NCBI GenBank assembly: GCA_963782055.1
Contig: CAWAIF010000003.1
Location: 544,001-608,000, forward strand
Source: an uncultured delta proteobacterium
GTDB lineage: Bacteria; Myxococcota_A; Polyangia; Polyangiales; Polyangiaceae
Reading direction: 5' to 3'
DNA length: 64,000 bases
Shown here one piece after another: positions 1 to 14,549 of the stretch. A program made the position numbers and the translations under genes. The first letter of the stretch is position 1; the number at the start of each line of letters is the position of its first letter. The notes under the pieces are model-generated. The model saw only the letters and a list, made by a program, of their open reading frames with translations, had not been told where the DNA came from and did no database searches.

Positions 1-413
<413 letters not shown>

Positions 414-483
414 CCTCCGCCGTCTCGGTCCGCTCTCACAAGACTCTTCGGCAGTAGGCAGCAGTCAGGAAAAGGAATAACCG

Positions 484-4731
<4,248 letters not shown>

Positions 4732-4752
4732 CGTCCCGCCATCGCCACTGCC

Positions 4753-4793
4753 CGGCCGGCTTCGACCCCTCGAGGCCGGCCGTGCTGTTTTGT
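4753..4793 (+). terminator. Probable intrinsic terminator after rpoC
   Basis: Stem cggccggcttcga / tcgaggccggccg with a 4-nt loop, followed by tgctgttttgt. Confidence 0.6.
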
Positions 4794-4988
4794 CCGCTCG
4801 CCCTGCCCTGGCGCGCGGCGGGGGCCTCTTTATTTACACTGCAAGGTGGGAAGGATCCCTGCTCACGAGGCGTAGAACCAGCCCGAAATATACGTGAAGT
4901 CAAAGGGTTATCGATGTTGCTGCATTGGGTCCCACCTTCGGTGCCGATGTGGTATAAAGTCGCTCTTCGGCATACAGGAACCACCGCC

Positions 4989-5663
4989 ATGAAGCTTGCA
5001 CACGCCATCCAGGAAGAGCTCGACTGGGTCATCCCCGAGCCGGCCGACACCGAGGTCAGCCTCGATCTGATCGACGACGAGGATACGGCCGACGAGGCCA
5101 CGCCGTCGCAGCGTGAGGAGTCGTACATCGGCACGCTCCCCCGCGAGGAGGACAACACCTTCGCCGCCCTGCAGACGCGCCACGCCGAGCTGGCGACGGC
5201 GGTCGGCGCGCTGGAGAAGGCGTGCGTCTCCTTCGACTCCGTCGACGTGTCGGCGCGGGCCGCCGAGACGTCGCTGCGTCGCCGGGCCGGCCGCCTCGCG
5301 CTCATCGCCAACGCCCTGGGCGGGGTCATCGACTTCGCCGTCCACCCGGACATCGAGCCGCTCTTCCGCGGCGACGGCGCCCTCGCGCCGTACCTCGCCG
5401 GCGTCTACCTCTGGACGGGCGAGGTGACCGACGTCCTCACCATCGTCGCGCACGATCTCAACGCCCTCAACCCCGACTGGGCCGCGATGCGCGCCCGGCT
5501 GGGGGAGGTCTCCTGGCTCTACGACATGGCGCTCGCCGAGCAGGCGCGTCTGGACGAGAGCGACGTCTTCTCCATCACCGACGAGGATCTCGCCGCGTCG
5601 CTCGACCACGTGATGGTCGGCCTGGTGAGCCTGAAGCGCGAGCTGGAAGAGCCCTTCGGCTGA
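4989..5663 (+). CDS. Hypothetical protein (224 aa, acidic N-terminus, predicted helical)
   Basis: ATG at 4989 preceded by agga; host-like codon usage; upstream part of ORF 3582..5663 overlaps rpoC out of frame. Confidence 0.8.
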   Translation: MKLAHAIQEELDWVIPEPADTEVSLDLIDDEDTADEATPSQREESYIGTLPREEDNTFAALQTRHAELATAVGALEKACVSFDSVDVSARAAETSLRRRAGRLALIANALGGVIDFAVHPDIEPLFRGDGALAPYLAGVYLWTGEVTDVLTIVAHDLNALNPDWAAMRARLGEVSWLYDMALAEQARLDESDVFSITDEDLAASLDHVMVGLVSLKRELEEPFG

Positions 5664-5666
5664 GCC

Positions 5667-5765
5667 GCCTCACCCCCCGTCCCTCTCCCTGAGCCTCACC
5701 CCCCGTCCCCCTCTCCCTGAGCCTCACCCCCCGTCCCCCTCTCCCTGAGAGGGAGAGGGGGAGAG
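5667..5765. repeat. Three tandem 26-28 bp pyrimidine-rich units ending in a purine-rich arm (BoxC/REP-like imperfect palindrome)
   Basis: gcctcaccccccgtccc(cc)tctccctga x3, then gagggagagggggagag; lies between convergent genes. Confidence 0.85.
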
Positions 5766-5766
5766 T

Positions 5767-6909
5767 TCACAGGCCGAGGAGGTGCTGCTTCAGGCCGGCG
5801 CCGAAGGCGGTCGGGGTGCCGTCGTAGGCGGTGATCAGCGCGGGGCCGCTGGCGCAGTCCCACACGTTCCACGTCCAGCCCAGGTAGGAGACGCCGCGCG
5901 CGTCCGCCCAGGTCATGTACGCGTCGATGAAGGTGTGGCCGCAGTCGTTCTCCCCGTTCTCTCCGGTGACGAGAGGCACCGCCTTGGCCACCGCCTCGTA
6001 GCGCGAGGTGAAGCACGCCGCGTCGGTGCAGCCGTTGAAGTTGTACAGGTGGAGGGAGGCGGCGATCTGGCCGAGCGGGTCCTTGGGCTGGTGCGCCAGC
6101 CAGCCGGAGAGGTCGCTCGAGTAGGCGAGCCCCGGCACCATGATGACGTTGGTCGCGCCGGTGGCGCGGATGGCGTCGACGAGCGACTGCGTCCCCGCGC
6201 TCGCGTAGGAGCCGCCCAGGTTCTGGCCCTTGATGATGGTGCAGCCGTCGCGCAGGCACGCCCACGGGTCCTGCGTGCTCGCGTTGCTCGTGTCGATGTA
6301 CGGCTCGTTGAAGACGTCGAAGACCACGCCCGCGTCGTCCTTGAAGCGCGCCGCGACCGACTGCCAGAACGCCGGCGCGTGGTCGGCGTCGGCCATCGGT
6401 TGCTGCTCCTTCGGCACGTGCGCGCCGGGCGCGGCCCAGTGCAGATCGAGGACGACGTAGAGCCCGTGAGCCCGCAGCGTCGCCACCTGCGCGGCGATGG
6501 CGTCCCGGTACGCGGCCCCGGAGTACTTGGGGTCGATGCCGTTGATGCCCAGCCAGCACTGCTCGTTGAGCGGAAGGCGCACCGTGTTGATCTTCCAGGT
6601 GAGCATGGGCAGCGCGAGGGAGTCGTCGCTCGGCCCCTCCACGATGCCGTAGCCCTGCACGCACGCGTACTCCGCGCCGGAGTGGTTCACGCCGAGCAGG
6701 CGGACGGGCCCTCCGCGGTCCATCAGCCGGTTGCCCTCGACGTGCAGCCCCGTCGCGCCAGCATCGCCAGGCGGGGCGGCGTCCTGTCCGGCGCCCGCCT
6801 CCTCCGCCGGCGTGGTCCCGCCGTCGGGGAAGCTCGCCTGCGGCGCGCCGCCGCCGCACCCCGCGACCACCCACGCCGCCGCGGCGACGAGCCCGAGACC
6901 GCTTCGCAT
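5767..6909 (-). CDS. Glycoside hydrolase family 5 (endoglucanase-like) lipoprotein
   Basis: Lipobox VAGC; motifs VRLPLNE, VLDLHW, FNEP (acid/base) and VTGENG (nucleophile). Confidence 0.9.
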   Translation of the reverse strand: MRSGLGLVAAAAWVVAGCGGGAPQASFPDGGTTPAEEAGAGQDAAPPGDAGATGLHVEGNRLMDRGGPVRLLGVNHSGAEYACVQGYGIVEGPSDDSLALPMLTWKINTVRLPLNEQCWLGINGIDPKYSGAAYRDAIAAQVATLRAHGLYVVLDLHWAAPGAHVPKEQQPMADADHAPAFWQSVAARFKDDAGVVFDVFNEPYIDTSNASTQDPWACLRDGCTIIKGQNLGGSYASAGTQSLVDAIRATGATNVIMVPGLAYSSDLSGWLAHQPKDPLGQIAASLHLYNFNGCTDAACFTSRYEAVAKAVPLVTGENGENDCGHTFIDAYMTWADARGVSYLGWTWNVWDCASGPALITAYDGTPTAFGAGLKQHLLGL

Positions 6910-7031
6910 GACCCCATTGTAGACCCGGGCGCCCCCTCCGCACGGCGCCCTGCCGCTCCACCCATGACGCGCGCGTCACGGTGCCGTCCGGCCGACGACG
7001 CTCCCGCGCGACACGCACGCGGATTCGAACA

Positions 7032-7047
7032 TGGCGCGCGCGTTGCA
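7032..7047 (+). promoter_or_regulatory. Candidate sigma54 -24/-12 promoter
   Basis: TGGCGC-GCGCG-TTGCA with exact GG-N10-GC spacing, just upstream of ATG 7061. Confidence 0.4.
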
Positions 7048-7060
7048 ACTCCCGCTTGCC

Positions 7061-8311
7061 ATGCGCTTGCTTGGTCGCCTCCCGTCGGTCTCCCTCGTCG
7101 TGGCGGCGGCGGCGGTCCTCCCCGCCTGCGCCTCCTCGTGTGGTCTGGGGTCGTCCGGCGACGCTCGGGGCTGCGTGAGCTACGCCAGCCCCTCGTGCAC
7201 GGGCTTCCCGGCCACGCCGCACGCCACGACGGCGCCCAACGCGTTCGGCGCCTGCTCCACCACGTGCAACCTCGGCTACTACGACTGCAACGGTGCGCCC
7301 GGCGACGGCTGCGAGTCGACCACTCCTTGTAGCTTTGTGGGCGACGCAGGCGACGGCGGCATCGGTGGGGCGATGGTGACTCTCCAGCACGCCCCGCGCG
7401 GGCTCGCCCTCTGCGCGGGGCGCGCCTTCTTCATCGACGGCACCCAGCTGCGCGAGATGGGCGTCTACGGGTCTACCGTCGCCACCACGATCGCCAACGC
7501 CGGCGACGCGGCCGGCGGGCTGGCGTGCGACGGCGAGCGCCTGTACTGGCCCGTCGCCTCCTCCTCCGACGCCTCGCCCGGCGCCGACGGGGCCATCGCC
7601 AGCGTCGGCGTGGACGGCGGCGCCCCCGAGACGATCACGGCGGGCGTCGACCCCGGGCGCGGCGTGGCCGTTCATCCCTGGGGCGGCGGCGTCTACTGGC
7701 TCGCGCGCGCGGTCGACGGCGGCGGCGGCCTGATGCTGTCGCCCACGGACGGCGGTCCACCTTCCTGGCTGGTGCCGGCGGAGGAGGGCGACGCGGGCAT
7801 CGCGCGCGCCTTCGACCTGTCCAGCACGCGCGCCTTCGGCGTGGCGGGCGGCCGGGTGTGGACGAGCTCCATCGACGGCGGGCCGCAGGCCATCGGCGCG
7901 CCCGGCGCCGTGGCCGTGGCGCTAGCTTTCGACCTGCCGTACGAGGCGGTGCGCGCCGCGCCGGGCGCGAGCGACGCCGGTGATGCCAGCGACGCAGGCA
8001 ATCCGAGCGACGCCGGTGACGCCTCCTCGCCGGTCGAAACCACCCTCCAGGCAATCCTGGACGACGGCAGCACCCTGGACCTCGCCGTGACGGACCCGCC
8101 CGTCGCGATCATCGGCGACCGCGACGCCGACGTGCTCTACGTCGCCACCGACACCTCCATCGCGCGCGTCCCCACGATGGGCGACCTCCCGACCATGGTC
8201 GCCAGCGGCCAGCTCCACGTCACCGACATCGCCCTCGACGGCCCGTACGTCTACTGGACGACCCGCGGCGACACCACGACGTCCGGCACCCTCCGCCGCG
8301 CCCCCCGCTGA
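7061..8311 (+). CDS. Secreted or lipoprotein hypothetical with Cys-rich module and beta-propeller-like repeats
   Basis: Signal peptide with LPAC; Cys-rich CNLGYYDCNG..DGCES module; repeated LACDGERLYW / IALDGPYVYW strands; alternative start 7031. Confidence 0.75.
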   Translation: MRLLGRLPSVSLVVAAAAVLPACASSCGLGSSGDARGCVSYASPSCTGFPATPHATTAPNAFGACSTTCNLGYYDCNGAPGDGCESTTPCSFVGDAGDGGIGGAMVTLQHAPRGLALCAGRAFFIDGTQLREMGVYGSTVATTIANAGDAAGGLACDGERLYWPVASSSDASPGADGAIASVGVDGGAPETITAGVDPGRGVAVHPWGGGVYWLARAVDGGGGLMLSPTDGGPPSWLVPAEEGDAGIARAFDLSSTRAFGVAGGRVWTSSIDGGPQAIGAPGAVAVALAFDLPYEAVRAAPGASDAGDASDAGNPSDAGDASSPVETTLQAILDDGSTLDLAVTDPPVAIIGDRDADVLYVATDTSIARVPTMGDLPTMVASGQLHVTDIALDGPYVYWTTRGDTTTSGTLRRAPR

Positions 8312-8332
8312 CCTCCCCCTCTCGGCGTGAGG

Positions 8333-10330
8333 TCACTTCACGCAGCGAAACCCGACGTCGGCGATGCGCGCCGACGGCGCGTCCTTCCCCCGGTCGGACG
8401 AGCGCACGTCGCGCTCCTCGTCGGTCGCGAAGGAGGCGCCGCGCGTGGTGCGGTAGTCGCTCGAGCAGTTGTTGCCGGGGTACGGGCAGCTCGCGCTCGC
8501 GGTCCACTCCGAGACGTTGCCCGCCATGTCGAACAGGCCGAAGGGGCTGCGCCCGGCGGGGAAGGAGCGCACCGGCGCGGTGCCGTCGAAGTGATCCGTC
8601 GCCGGGTAGAGCGCCTTCCAGGGCAGGCCCAGCACGCTGCCCTTGGTGGCGCACTCCGGGCCGCACGCGTTGAGGCGCTCCGCGGAGGGCGCCTCGCCCC
8701 CCCAGGGGTAAGTGCGGTCGTCCGCCCCGCGCGCGGCGTACTCCCACTCCTCCTCGGTGGGGAGGCGCTTGCCGGCATATTTGCAGTATACACGAGCCTC
8801 TCCCCACGTGACGCAGTTCTGCGGGTGCGACTGACGGTCCGCCTTGCCGGTGTTGCAGTAGGCGTCCCACACCGCGTGGTCCTTCGGCTGGACGCCCTTC
8901 CACGCCACCGTCGTCGCCGCCGCCCTGCACGCCCCCGCGGCGACGCACGCGGCGTACGCCTGCACCGTGACCTCGGAGAGGTCCATGCAGAAGGCGTTGA
9001 GGGTGACCGCGTGCACAGGGCGCTCGTCACTGTCGCCGTCCTCCGAGCCCATGCGGAAGGTGCCGCCGGTCACCGCCGCCATGCCGTCGGGGCAGAGCAG
9101 CTCGCGCACGCCAGCGCCGGCGTCGGCGGGAGGGGGTGGGGGAGGGGCGTCGCCGCCATCGTGACGGAGCATGAGCAGCAGCCCCGCCACGCCGCCCAGC
9201 GCGATCACGCCCGCCACGGCGAAGATGGCGATGGGGGATCGGCCCACCGGCACCTTGCCGACGGGCTCGTCGTCGGGCACCAGCGCGCTCGCGTCGCGCA
9301 CGGTGTGAGCAGAGCCGAGGTCCTGCGGCGTGAAGGCGCGCGCCGGGCCGGTCACGACGACACCACCCGAGGGCGGCAGCTGCGCCCCGCTGCCGGAGTC
9401 GATCCTGCCGCTCGAGGGCGCGCCGGCGCGCGGGGTTCCGGTCGCGTCGAGGAGCCCCTCGTACGCGATGCGCGCGTCGGGGTAGCGCGCGGGCGCCTCG
9501 CGCACCACGCACTTGCCGAACCACGCGTCGAACCCGGGCGGGAGCCGCCCGGGCGGCGCGCCCAGCTCCCCGGCGCGCACCGAGGCCGGCGGGATGTGCT
9601 CCAGCACCACCTCCCGCATCAGCGCGGTGAGGGAGGTGTCGTCCTCGTTGGCGGCCCGCCAGAAGTAGCGCCCGGTCAGCAGGTAAAAGGCGATGAGGCC
9701 GAGCGCCCAGACGTCCGCCGCCGGCGTGATGGCCGCGCGACGCTCCGTCTGCTCGGGCGCCATCCAGTGCGGCGTGCCCATCGCCCCGGTGTTGGTGGTC
9801 TTGGCCTCCTCCACCACCTTGGCGATGCCGAAGTCCAGCACCTTGACGGTGGGCGGGGCCCCCGCCGCGCGAGCCTGCCGCAAGAAGACGTTCTCCGGCT
9901 TGAGGTCGCGGTGGACGATGCTCGCCGCGTGCGCCGCGCCGACGGCGTCGCAGAGCTGTCCCATCACGCCGACGGTCTCCGCCCACGGCATGGGACCGCG
10001 CCGCTTCACCGTCTCCGCCAGGTCCGCCCCCACGAGGAGCTCCATCGCCAGGTACGGCGCGCCGCTCTCGGCGTCGACGCCGGCGGCGACCACCTCCACC
10101 ACGTGGTCGCTCTGGATGCGCGCGCCGATGCGCGCCTCCTGCTCGAACTTGGCGCGCAGCCCCGGGTTGCCCACCAGCTCCGGGTGCATCAACTTGAGCG
10201 CGCGCTGCCTCCCGGTGGAGAGCTGCTCCACCCGGTACACCGCGCCCATCCCGCCCTCGCTGAGCTTGTTCACCACGCGGAAGTCCCGCGCGAAGATCTC
10301 ACCGGGCTGGAGCGCGAGCAGGCCAGGCAT
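8333..10330 (-). CDS. Ser/Thr protein kinase - TM - FGE-sulfatase (SUMF1) domain fusion
   Basis: HRDLKPEN, DFG and APE motifs; TM helix; RLPTEEEWEYAARG and FDMAGNVSEW. Confidence 0.93.
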   Translation of the reverse strand: MPGLLALQPGEIFARDFRVVNKLSEGGMGAVYRVEQLSTGRQRALKLMHPELVGNPGLRAKFEQEARIGARIQSDHVVEVVAAGVDAESGAPYLAMELLVGADLAETVKRRGPMPWAETVGVMGQLCDAVGAAHAASIVHRDLKPENVFLRQARAAGAPPTVKVLDFGIAKVVEEAKTTNTGAMGTPHWMAPEQTERRAAITPAADVWALGLIAFYLLTGRYFWRAANEDDTSLTALMREVVLEHIPPASVRAGELGAPPGRLPPGFDAWFGKCVVREAPARYPDARIAYEGLLDATGTPRAGAPSSGRIDSGSGAQLPPSGGVVVTGPARAFTPQDLGSAHTVRDASALVPDDEPVGKVPVGRSPIAIFAVAGVIALGGVAGLLLMLRHDGGDAPPPPPPADAGAGVRELLCPDGMAAVTGGTFRMGSEDGDSDERPVHAVTLNAFCMDLSEVTVQAYAACVAAGACRAAATTVAWKGVQPKDHAVWDAYCNTGKADRQSHPQNCVTWGEARVYCKYAGKRLPTEEEWEYAARGADDRTYPWGGEAPSAERLNACGPECATKGSVLGLPWKALYPATDHFDGTAPVRSFPAGRSPFGLFDMAGNVSEWTASASCPYPGNNCSSDYRTTRGASFATDEERDVRSSDRGKDAPSARIADVGFRCVK

Positions 10331-10394
10331 CGCATTTCACGCTATCAGCGGGCCGGGCGGCGTGGAAGGCACGCCCCCAGCCCTCGACCTCGCC

Positions 10395-13073
10395 TCATGC
10401 ATTGCGCACCAGACCCTCCAGCGCCTTCACCGCGCCGGGCACGTCCGGTCGGGCGGTGAGCACGCCGCGCATGAGATCGCCCACCGCCTCCACCCGCGGG
10501 GGTACCGTCCGGATGGTGAAGGTGGAGGGGTCGACGCCGTCCAGCTCCTCCCACGTGATCGGCGTCGAGACCCTGGCGCCAGGGAACGCGCGCACCGAGT
10601 ACGGCGCCACGATGGTGCGGCGCGGCCCGGTCTGCCCCACGTCCACCAGCACCCGCTTGCCGCGTCGCTCCACCACCCGCTCCAGCGTGGCGATGTCGGG
10701 GTGGCGCTGCGCCACCAGCCGCCCGAGCAACCCGCACAGCGTGTGGGCGGTCTCGAAGCCGATGCCCGGCCCGAGCGGGACCAGCACGTGCAGGCCCGAC
10801 TGCCCGCTCGTCTTGCAAAACCCCTGCAGGCCAATCGCGTCCAGCAGGCGCCGGAGCTCGCGGACCAGCGTCACGCCGTTGGCGAGCGTGGAGCGGTCGA
10901 CGTCGAAGTCCAGGGTGAAGAAGTCGCACTGCTCCAGCGACTGCGCGCGGCAGGAGAGCACGTGCAGGGGGATCGCCCCGAGGTTGGCCACCGCGAGCAG
11001 GCCGTCCAGATCGTTGATCAGAAAGACGCGCTTCTTCCTGTCCTCGTCCGCGGTGCTCAGCGGGATGTGACGGATCCACGCAGGGAACCCCCACGGCACG
11101 TTCCACTGGAAGAAGTGCTTGCCCGCCACGCCGTCGGGGTAGCGCACCAGCACCACCGGGCGGTCGCGCAGGTAGGGCAGCAGCGCGCCGGAGATCGCCT
11201 CGTAGTAGCGGCAGAGGTCCCCCTTGGTGTAGCCCTCCTCCGGCCAGAAGACCTTGTCCTGGTTGGTGAGCACCGCGCGCTTGAGCGGGTGGCTCCCGCG
11301 GTACGACGACGCCGGCGGCTCCTCCTCGTCGGCCTCCCCCAGCGCGCGCGCGGCCGCCTCCCGCGCCCTCTTCTCCTTGCGGAAGCGCGGCGCCTCCAGC
11401 GAGGGCAGGTGCACCGCGGCGTCGTGCGGGCCGGCGACGCAGTCCTCGGGCGCGCGGTCGTAGTCGACGCCGCGGAAGGTGGGGAAGCGCAGCAGCCCCT
11501 CGTCCGACCAGCCGAGGAAGCGCACGCTCACCACCACCTCCGGCTTCACCAGGGTGCGGCCCTGCGGGGCGCTGCCGAGCTTGCCCTTGAAGGTCACCTG
11601 CTTCGTCCGGAGCGGCTCCAGCTTCGCCAGCAGCGCGTCGATGGTCCTCTCGTTCAGACCGCTGCCCACCTTGCCGCGCACGCGCAGCACGCCGTCCTCG
11701 TAGGCCCCGAGGTCCAGCGCGCCGAGGCGTGAGCGCCCCTCGTTGCCGCGCGTGTAGCCGATCACCACGAAGCTCTCGTCGCGCTCGCACTTGATCTTCA
11801 CCCAGTTGGCCGTGCGCTTCGGCCCCGGACGGTACGGGGAGTCTGCGCGCTTGGCGACGATGCCCTCCAGCTTGCGCGCGCGGCAGAAGTCGAGCAGCGC
11901 CTCGCCGTGCGACTCGAGGTAGTCCAGCGCGCGGATGACGCCCTGCCCGGGTACCACCCGCCGCAGGATCTCCCGCCGGGCGAGCAGGGGCAGGCCGCGC
12001 AGGTCGTGGGGTCCGAGCGCCAGCACGTCGAAGACGAGGTAGACGACCGGCACGCTGAGCAGGGCGCGCCCGATGGCCCACTTCTCGTTGAGGTGGATGC
12101 GCTGCGCGAGGCGCTGGAAGTTGGGCACGCCCGCCTCGTCGAAGGCGACCACCTCGCCGTCCAGCACCACCCGCTCCGGCGCCAGCGCCCGCACCGCGCG
12201 CTCCACCTCCGGGTAGGCGGCGGTGGTGTCGCGGGCGGACCGGTAGGTGAGGGCGACGTCGCCGTCGCGCTTGTCGGCCACCACGCGCACGCCGTCCAGC
12301 TTCAGCTCGTAGACGTACCCGGAGCGGATGGCCGTCGGCAGCTCCGCGCCGACCTCCTCGTCCAGCGTGCTGCAGAGCATGGGGGAGACCTTGCGGCCGT
12401 CCACCTCTCCCTCCTTCGCCCCGAGCGCCCGCGCGCGGTCCTCCGCTTCCTTCACGAGCGCGGGGGCGCGCGCCAGCTCCCCCACCGTGAGCCCGCTCAG
12501 CACCGAGCGCGGGGCGTCCACACGCACGTCGTGCTCGCGGTCGGCGAAGGCGTCGTTCTTCTTGAGCAACAGCCACTCGTTGCCCTTGGCGCTCTTGTCC
12601 AGCTTCACCAGCGCATAGCGGCCGCGCAGCTTGTAGCCGCCGAGCACCAGGTCCACCTTGCCGCTCGCGAGCCCCTGCTCCGCGCTCGTCTCCAGGTAGC
12701 GCACCAGCCCGCGGTCCCAGCAGATCATCGGGCCCGCGCCGTAGTTGCCAGGCTCGATGACGCCCTCGAAGTCGACGTACTCGATGGGGTGGTCCTCGGT
12801 GCGGATGGCGAGGTGCTTCTCGGAGGGGTCGAGCCCCGGTCCCTTCGGCACGGCGAAGCTCGCCAGCACGCCGCCCACCTCCAGCCGCAGGTCGTAGTGG
12901 CGCCGGGTGGCGTCGTGCAGGTGCACCACGAAGGCGCCGGAGCGTGTCTCGCCCGAGGGGCCGGGGCCGGGCTCCTGATCCGCAGGCTCCGGCGGCTCGC
13001 CCGGGGGCTCCGGCGTCGCCTCCGCGCGCCGCTTGCTCCGGTAGCTCCGGAGCCTGTCCTTCGGGTCCGCCAT
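10395..13073 (-). CDS. ligD: DNA ligase D (phosphoesterase-ligase-polymerase domains)
   Basis: HYDLRLE (PE), ELKLDGVR and EGIVAKR (ligase), TNQDKVFWP and KTSGQSGLHV (polymerase). Confidence 0.96.
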   Translation of the reverse strand: MADPKDRLRSYRSKRRAEATPEPPGEPPEPADQEPGPGPSGETRSGAFVVHLHDATRRHYDLRLEVGGVLASFAVPKGPGLDPSEKHLAIRTEDHPIEYVDFEGVIEPGNYGAGPMICWDRGLVRYLETSAEQGLASGKVDLVLGGYKLRGRYALVKLDKSAKGNEWLLLKKNDAFADREHDVRVDAPRSVLSGLTVGELARAPALVKEAEDRARALGAKEGEVDGRKVSPMLCSTLDEEVGAELPTAIRSGYVYELKLDGVRVVADKRDGDVALTYRSARDTTAAYPEVERAVRALAPERVVLDGEVVAFDEAGVPNFQRLAQRIHLNEKWAIGRALLSVPVVYLVFDVLALGPHDLRGLPLLARREILRRVVPGQGVIRALDYLESHGEALLDFCRARKLEGIVAKRADSPYRPGPKRTANWVKIKCERDESFVVIGYTRGNEGRSRLGALDLGAYEDGVLRVRGKVGSGLNERTIDALLAKLEPLRTKQVTFKGKLGSAPQGRTLVKPEVVVSVRFLGWSDEGLLRFPTFRGVDYDRAPEDCVAGPHDAAVHLPSLEAPRFRKEKRAREAAARALGEADEEEPPASSYRGSHPLKRAVLTNQDKVFWPEEGYTKGDLCRYYEAISGALLPYLRDRPVVLVRYPDGVAGKHFFQWNVPWGFPAWIRHIPLSTADEDRKKRVFLINDLDGLLAVANLGAIPLHVLSCRAQSLEQCDFFTLDFDVDRSTLANGVTLVRELRRLLDAIGLQGFCKTSGQSGLHVLVPLGPGIGFETAHTLCGLLGRLVAQRHPDIATLERVVERRGKRVLVDVGQTGPRRTIVAPYSVRAFPGARVSTPITWEELDGVDPSTFTIRTVPPRVEAVGDLMRGVLTARPDVPGAVKALEGLVRNA

Positions 13074-13225
13074 GTCCTGTCCCGATCGTTAGCAAGCCGA
13101 CAATCGCTCGACGCCGCGGTCCCATCCTAGCGCGCCGCAGCGCGCCGCTGCGCATCCGCTCAGTCCGCGCAATTTTCTCCGCGCCAATTTCGACAATCCA
13201 CGGCCGGCCTCGTTACCATTTCGAC

Positions 13226-14089
13226 ATGCCCGCTCGCTCCATCGGATCTGGGACCATCTCCTTCGGCCTGGTCTCCATTCCCTTCAAGCTCTACACCGCG
13301 ACGTCCTCGCAGAACGTCTCCTTCAACATGCTGCACAAGAAGTGCGGCGGGCGGATGAAGCAGCAGTACTTCTGCCCCGTGGACAACGTCGTCGTCGAGC
13401 GCACCGACATCGTGAAGGGTTACGAGTTCGCCAAGGACCAGTACGTCCAGTTCAGCGACGAGGAGCTCAAGAAGCTGGAGGCGCAGAAGACCGACAGCCT
13501 GGAGCTGGTGGAGTTCGTGCCGGAGAGCACCGTCGACCTCGTCTACCTGGAGAAGAGCTACTACCTCGGCCCGGACAAGGGCGGCGACCGCGCGTATCAG
13601 CTCCTCAGCCAGGCGATGCGCCGCACCGGCAAGATCGCCGTGGGCCGCTTCTGGACGCGCGGCAAGGAGCAGCTGGTCCTCATCCGCCCGTACCGGCAGA
13701 AGGGCCTCATCCTGCATTACGTGTATTATGCAAACGAGGTGCGCGCCTTCGACGAGGTGGGAACGGGCGCCGACGCCACCTTCAAGGACATCGAGATGGA
13801 GCTCGCCGACAAGCTTGTCGAGCAGCTCTCCTCCGCGGAGTTCGAGCCGGACAAATTTCGCGACGAGTACCAGGACCGCGTGCGCTCCGCCGTCGAGCAG
13901 AAGGTGGCCGGCGAGGAGATCGTGGTGGCCGAGGAGGCGCCCAAGGCGCAGATCATCGACCTCTTCGAGGCCCTCAAGCGCAGCCTGGGTGGCGCCGAGG
14001 CCGGCGCGGAGCCCCCGCCCTCCGCCAAGCCGCCGCCGCGCAAGACGCAGCCGAAGAAGGACGAGAAGAAGAAGACGAAGGCCGGCTGA
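13226..14089 (+). CDS. ku: Ku protein (NHEJ)
   Basis: GTISFGLVSIPFKLY, IVKGYE and IIDLFEALKRSL; basic C-terminal tail; divergent from ligD. Confidence 0.96.
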   Translation: MPARSIGSGTISFGLVSIPFKLYTATSSQNVSFNMLHKKCGGRMKQQYFCPVDNVVVERTDIVKGYEFAKDQYVQFSDEELKKLEAQKTDSLELVEFVPESTVDLVYLEKSYYLGPDKGGDRAYQLLSQAMRRTGKIAVGRFWTRGKEQLVLIRPYRQKGLILHYVYYANEVRAFDEVGTGADATFKDIEMELADKLVEQLSSAEFEPDKFRDEYQDRVRSAVEQKVAGEEIVVAEEAPKAQIIDLFEALKRSLGGAEAGAEPPPSAKPPPRKTQPKKDEKKKTKAG

Positions 14090-14099
14090 GAGGATCCTC

Positions 14100-14516
14100 T
14101 CAGACCGCGGCGACCCACTTCATCAGCGAGCCGCACAGGTTGGACTGCGGGTCGCGGTCGCGCTCGAGCTTCAGGCCGGTGCGAAAGAGCTCCCCGGCGC
14201 GCGCGTCCTCCCCGATGACGACGTGGCAGATGCCCAGCAGCTCGAAGTCCTGCGGCTCGCCGAGGGCGCCCAGGATCTCGGTGAGCGGACCCATCGCGGC
14301 GCGGTACGCCTCCACCATCGACGGGGCGGGATGGGCAGGAGGGATCTTCGCGTTCACCACCAGCTTGATGGCGTGACGCTGCTCCTCCATCGGGTAGGTG
14401 CGAAACACGGGGCTCCGGTAGAGCTCCGCGTACGCGTTGAACGCCTCGTCCACCTTGCCCGCGCGCCCGAGCCCGATGATCTCCTTGACGCGCTGAACCA
14501 GAGCCTCCGTCGCCAT
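14100..14516 (-). CDS. Hypothetical helical (TPR-like) protein
   Basis: ORF with host-like codon usage; ATG at 14516 preceded by a TATAGT hexamer. Confidence 0.75.
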   Translation of the reverse strand: MATEALVQRVKEIIGLGRAGKVDEAFNAYAELYRSPVFRTYPMEEQRHAIKLVVNAKIPPAHPAPSMVEAYRAAMGPLTEILGALGEPQDFELLGICHVVIGEDARAGELFRTGLKLERDRDPQSNLCGSLMKWVAAV

Positions 14517-14549
14517 GGCGCCACTATACAGCACCGCCGCGGCGGGGGG

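Noticed and set aside
5667..5748. Possible CRISPR array (28-bp repeats)
   Set aside because: The units are directly adjacent with no spacers, and no cas genes are present.
10395..14089. ligD-ku as a novel system
   Set aside because: Standard bacterial NHEJ pair with the common PE-LIG-POL domain order.
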